Source of the DNA: Syntrophales bacterium
GTDB taxonomy: Bacteria > Desulfobacterota > Syntrophia > Syntrophales > UBA2210
DNA length: 64,000 nucleotides
Direction: 5' to 3'
Assembly (NCBI GenBank): GCA_963662405.2
Contig: CAXXKT010000003.1
Span: 499,956 to 563,955 of the forward strand
Part shown: piece after piece, positions 61,189-64,000 of the stretch
Position numbering within the stretch: position 1 is the first letter of the stretch
Layout: every line of letters begins with the position of its first letter
Made by a program: the position numbers and the translations under genes
The notes under the pieces: model-generated
Seen by the model: only the letters and a program-made list of their open reading frames with translations
What the model was told of the DNA's origin: nothing
Database searches by the model: none

Positions 61189-61548
61189 ATGACCATTCTT
61201 ATTGTTGAAGATGATCTGTCCTTCTCCATGGTACTCGAAGAGGCCTTCGCCCTGTGGGGATACCGGGCCGAATGGGTTACGGCGGGAGATATGGCGCTGA
61301 AAAGGATGGAGGCACAACCCTTCGACTTGATATTGCTCGATATCTATCTCCCGGATGGCCCGGGGTATCGGTTGATCCCTGACCTGAAGCGGATTAATCC
61401 CAAGGTTCATATTGTTGCGATGACCGGTCACAATTCACGAGAGTTGGAGATGAAGGTCAGGAGGCAGGGGATCACGTATTATATGATTAAACCGTTCGAG
61501 ATCGATCAACTGAAGAGCGTGCTCGACTATATGAATAGTAGAGCTTGA
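61189..61548 (+). CDS. Stand-alone response regulator receiver protein
   Basis: ILIVEDD, LLDIYLPDGPG, AMTG, IKPF. Confidence 0.9.
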   Translation: MTILIVEDDLSFSMVLEEAFALWGYRAEWVTAGDMALKRMEAQPFDLILLDIYLPDGPGYRLIPDLKRINPKVHIVAMTGHNSRELEMKVRRQGITYYMIKPFEIDQLKSVLDYMNSRA

Positions 61549-61567
61549 AAAAAGGAGGAATTGATTA

Positions 61568-63496
61568 ATGGGTGTGAAGAAGAAATCGCTTGGTTTCAAG
61601 CTTGTTGCGGGAGGAATCATTGTTGTCTTGGTTCCCCTTATTGTCGTGGGTCTGTTTTCAATCATGAAGTCGTCAAGAGCCCTCGACACCATTGCAAAGG
61701 AACGGGCCGTTAACGTCGCGCGGGATATCGCCGCCATGGCAGAGCTGGTCATGGTGGAGGAAATCAAGATCATATCGCAGCTGTCCGTCAATACGGCTAT
61801 TGTCGATACGGCCACAAAAGTAGCTGATCAGAGTGCAGAGACCGCTTTCGAAGAGGTCAAGAGAGTGAACGATATACTGGGCAGCGTGATGAAGAAACTG
61901 GGGAGCGACTATGAGGATCTTTTTCTTGCCGGTACCGACGGTGTCATCTTTGCCGATGGGAAAGGGAGGCTTACCGGGATTTCGGTGGCGGAGCGGGATT
62001 ATATCCGGAGCGCGAAAGCGGGGAAGACAAATATCGGTAAGGTGATCATTTCCAAGGCAACGGGCAATCCCACGGTCCCGATCTGTGCACCGGTCTATGC
62101 GGGAGATGGCAGAATTATTGGTGAAGTTGCTGCAATACTGAATGTAAACTTTCTGACGGCGAATATCACGAACATCAAACTCGGGGAGACCGGATACCCC
62201 TTTATGGTGAACAATGAGGGGGTGGTTATTGCCCATCCCAACAAAGATTTTATCCTGAAGATGAATCTGGCGACCCAGGATGGAATGACCATGATTATGG
62301 AGAAGATGCTGGGACAGCAGACCGGGACCGAGTCGTATACCTTCAAGGGGGTCGATAAGATGGCGGCCTTTGCCCCGGTGAAGCTGACCGGGTGGTCCGT
62401 GGGTGCCACGCAGGACGAGGCGGAGTTTCTCGCCGCGGCGCGTTCCATGCGGAACTTCATCCTGCTTATCGGCGGGATCTTTCTGGCGTTGACCATCCTC
62501 GCCGTGTTCTACTTTTCCCGGAGCATCACCCGTCCGATCACGGAGGCGGTGGCGATGCTGAACAGCGCGGCTGACCAGGTGGCCGCGGCCTCGACCCAGG
62601 TCTCGTCGGCGAGTCAGTCCCTGGCGGAGGGGTCGGCGGAGTCCGCCTCGGCGATCGAAGAGACCTCGTCATCCCTGGAGGAGATATCGTCCATGACGCG
62701 TCAGAACGCGGACAACGCCGGTCAGGCGGACGGTCTGATGAAGGAGGCCAACCAGGTGGTGATCCGGGCCGACCAGTCGATGACGGAACTGACCGGCTCT
62801 ATGGGAGAGATCTCCCACGCGAGCGAGGAGACCTCGAAGATCATCAAGACGATCGACGAGATTGCCTTCCAGACGAACCTTCTGGCCCTGAACGCGGCGG
62901 TTGAGGCGGCCCGGGCGGGCGAGGCGGGCGCGGGATTCGCGGTGGTGGCCGACGAGGTACGGAACCTGGCGATGCGGGCGGCCGAGGCGGCGAAGAACAC
63001 GGCGGACCTGATCGAAGGGTCGGTGAAGAAGATCAAGGAAGGCTCGGAGCTGGTGGAGAAGACCAATACGGCCTTCGAAGAGGTGACGAAGAGCAGTGCC
63101 AAGGTGGGGCAACTGGTGGGAGAGATTGCCGCGGCGTCGTCTGAGCAGGCGCAGGGGATCGACCAGGTGAACAAGGCGATCGGCGAGATGGACAAGGTGA
63201 CCCAGCAGAATGCCGCGAACGCGGAAGAGAGCGCCTCCGCCTCGGAAGAGATGAATGCCCAGGCGGCCCAGCTGAAGGATATTGCCGCTCAGCTCCTGGC
63301 GGCCATCGGTGGCGACGGTGCGGGGAGTCACAACGGCGACGGTGGCGTCGAGATGCGGCGGGTGCAGCGATCCTCGCGATCCGCGGCGAAGCCCCTCCCC
63401 ACCTCGGTGCGGGATGTTGCCCTCTCCGCGCGGAAGCGAGAGGTGAGCCCGAATCAGGTCATTCCCCTGGATGACGGCGAGTTCCGTGACTTTTAG
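61568..63496 (+). CDS. Methyl-accepting chemotaxis protein with a dCache-like sensor
   Basis: Two TM helices, Cache motif [50 protein letters not shown]-terminal EFRDF pentapeptide. Confidence 0.95.
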   Translation: MGVKKKSLGFKLVAGGIIVVLVPLIVVGLFSIMKSSRALDTIAKERAVNVARDIAAMAELVMVEEIKIISQLSVNTAIVDTATKVADQSAETAFEEVKRVNDILGSVMKKLGSDYEDLFLAGTDGVIFADGKGRLTGISVAERDYIRSAKAGKTNIGKVIISKATGNPTVPICAPVYAGDGRIIGEVAAILNVNFLTANITNIKLGETGYPFMVNNEGVVIAHPNKDFILKMNLATQDGMTMIMEKMLGQQTGTESYTFKGVDKMAAFAPVKLTGWSVGATQDEAEFLAAARSMRNFILLIGGIFLALTILAVFYFSRSITRPITEAVAMLNSAADQVAAASTQVSSASQSLAEGSAESASAIEETSSSLEEISSMTRQNADNAGQADGLMKEANQVVIRADQSMTELTGSMGEISHASEETSKIIKTIDEIAFQTNLLALNAAVEAARAGEAGAGFAVVADEVRNLAMRAAEAAKNTADLIEGSVKKIKEGSELVEKTNTAFEEVTKSSAKVGQLVGEIAAASSEQAQGIDQVNKAIGEMDKVTQQNAANAEESASASEEMNAQAAQLKDIAAQLLAAIGGDGAGSHNGDGGVEMRRVQRSSRSAAKPLPTSVRDVALSARKREVSPNQVIPLDDGEFRDF

Positions 63497-63511
63497 AGAG
63501 GAGGTGACCTG

Positions 63512-64000
63512 ATGAGCGAACAGACGGAAACGACCCGGAAAGAGATGGCACAGGAAGGGAAATACCTCACCTTCTCCTTGTCCGGCGAGGAATATGGGAT
63601 CGGTATCCTGAAGGTGAAGGAGATTATCGGGATGATGACGGTGACCTCGGTACCGCAGACCCCGTCCTTTATCAAGGGTGTGATCAATCTTCGGGGGAAG
63701 GTGATCCCCGTGGTGGACCTCAGGTTGAAGTTCGGGATGGAGGAGTTGGCCTACACGGAGCGGACCTGCATCATCGTGGTTGAGGTAACGAACCGGCGGG
63801 GCCGGATCCAGATCGGGATCATTGTGGATGGTGTTTCGGAGGTCCTGAACATCAAGGCGGGCGACATCGAAGAGACGCCGACCTTCGGGACGCGCTTCGA
63901 CAGCGACTTTATCCTGGGGATGGCGAAGATCGAGGGGTCGGTCAAGATCCTCCTCGACATCGACCGTATCCTGAGCCGGGACGAGGTGACACTCCTGGAA
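63512..64000 (+). CDS. cheW: Chemotaxis coupling protein CheW (runs off the right edge)
   Basis: GGAGG RBS; KYLTFSL..EEYGI.ILKVKEIIG..VP.TP.FIKGVINLRGKVIPVVDLR..GIIVD.VSEV. Confidence 0.93.
   Translation, partial: MSEQTETTRKEMAQEGKYLTFSLSGEEYGIGILKVKEIIGMMTVTSVPQTPSFIKGVINLRGKVIPVVDLRLKFGMEELAYTERTCIIVVEVTNRRGRIQIGIIVDGVSEVLNIKAGDIEETPTFGTRFDSDFILGMAKIEGSVKILLDIDRILSRDEVTLLE

Overview
Mostly GC-rich bacterial chromosome. Gene order and protein families suggest an anaerobic Desulfobacterota (Syntrophales-like) organism; this is an inference. The centre (about 11-41 kb) is mainly minus-strand housekeeping: uvrA, a SurA-like PPIase, mfd, nadA, glyQS, recO, mgtE, pyrRBC with an attenuator, lepB, secDF-yajC, tgt, queA and mazG, preceded by a hydantoinase-A/HDAC-family pair. 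The main theme is selenium, much of it missed by the ORF track: (1) tRNA-Sec directly after moeA; (2) a selenocysteine peroxiredoxin with UGA at 1800-1802 and a SECIS; (3) a Sec-containing SelD with UGA at 52210-52212, a SECIS and one extra G at 52621-52624; (4) a LysR / selD / CxCC small protein / YedE / SirA-TusA / DUF3343 / ribokinase-fold cluster in which three promoters share a LysR-type two-box architecture. Also present: a PEP-CTERM / sigma54-activator / TPR module, an IPTL-CTERM protein, a CoA-transferase-GNAT fusion lacking the catalytic Glu, two gene remnants, and a multi-PAS sigma54 activator upstream of a sigma54-promoted RR-MCP-cheW operon. I saw no CRISPR array, rRNA, transposase or integrase.
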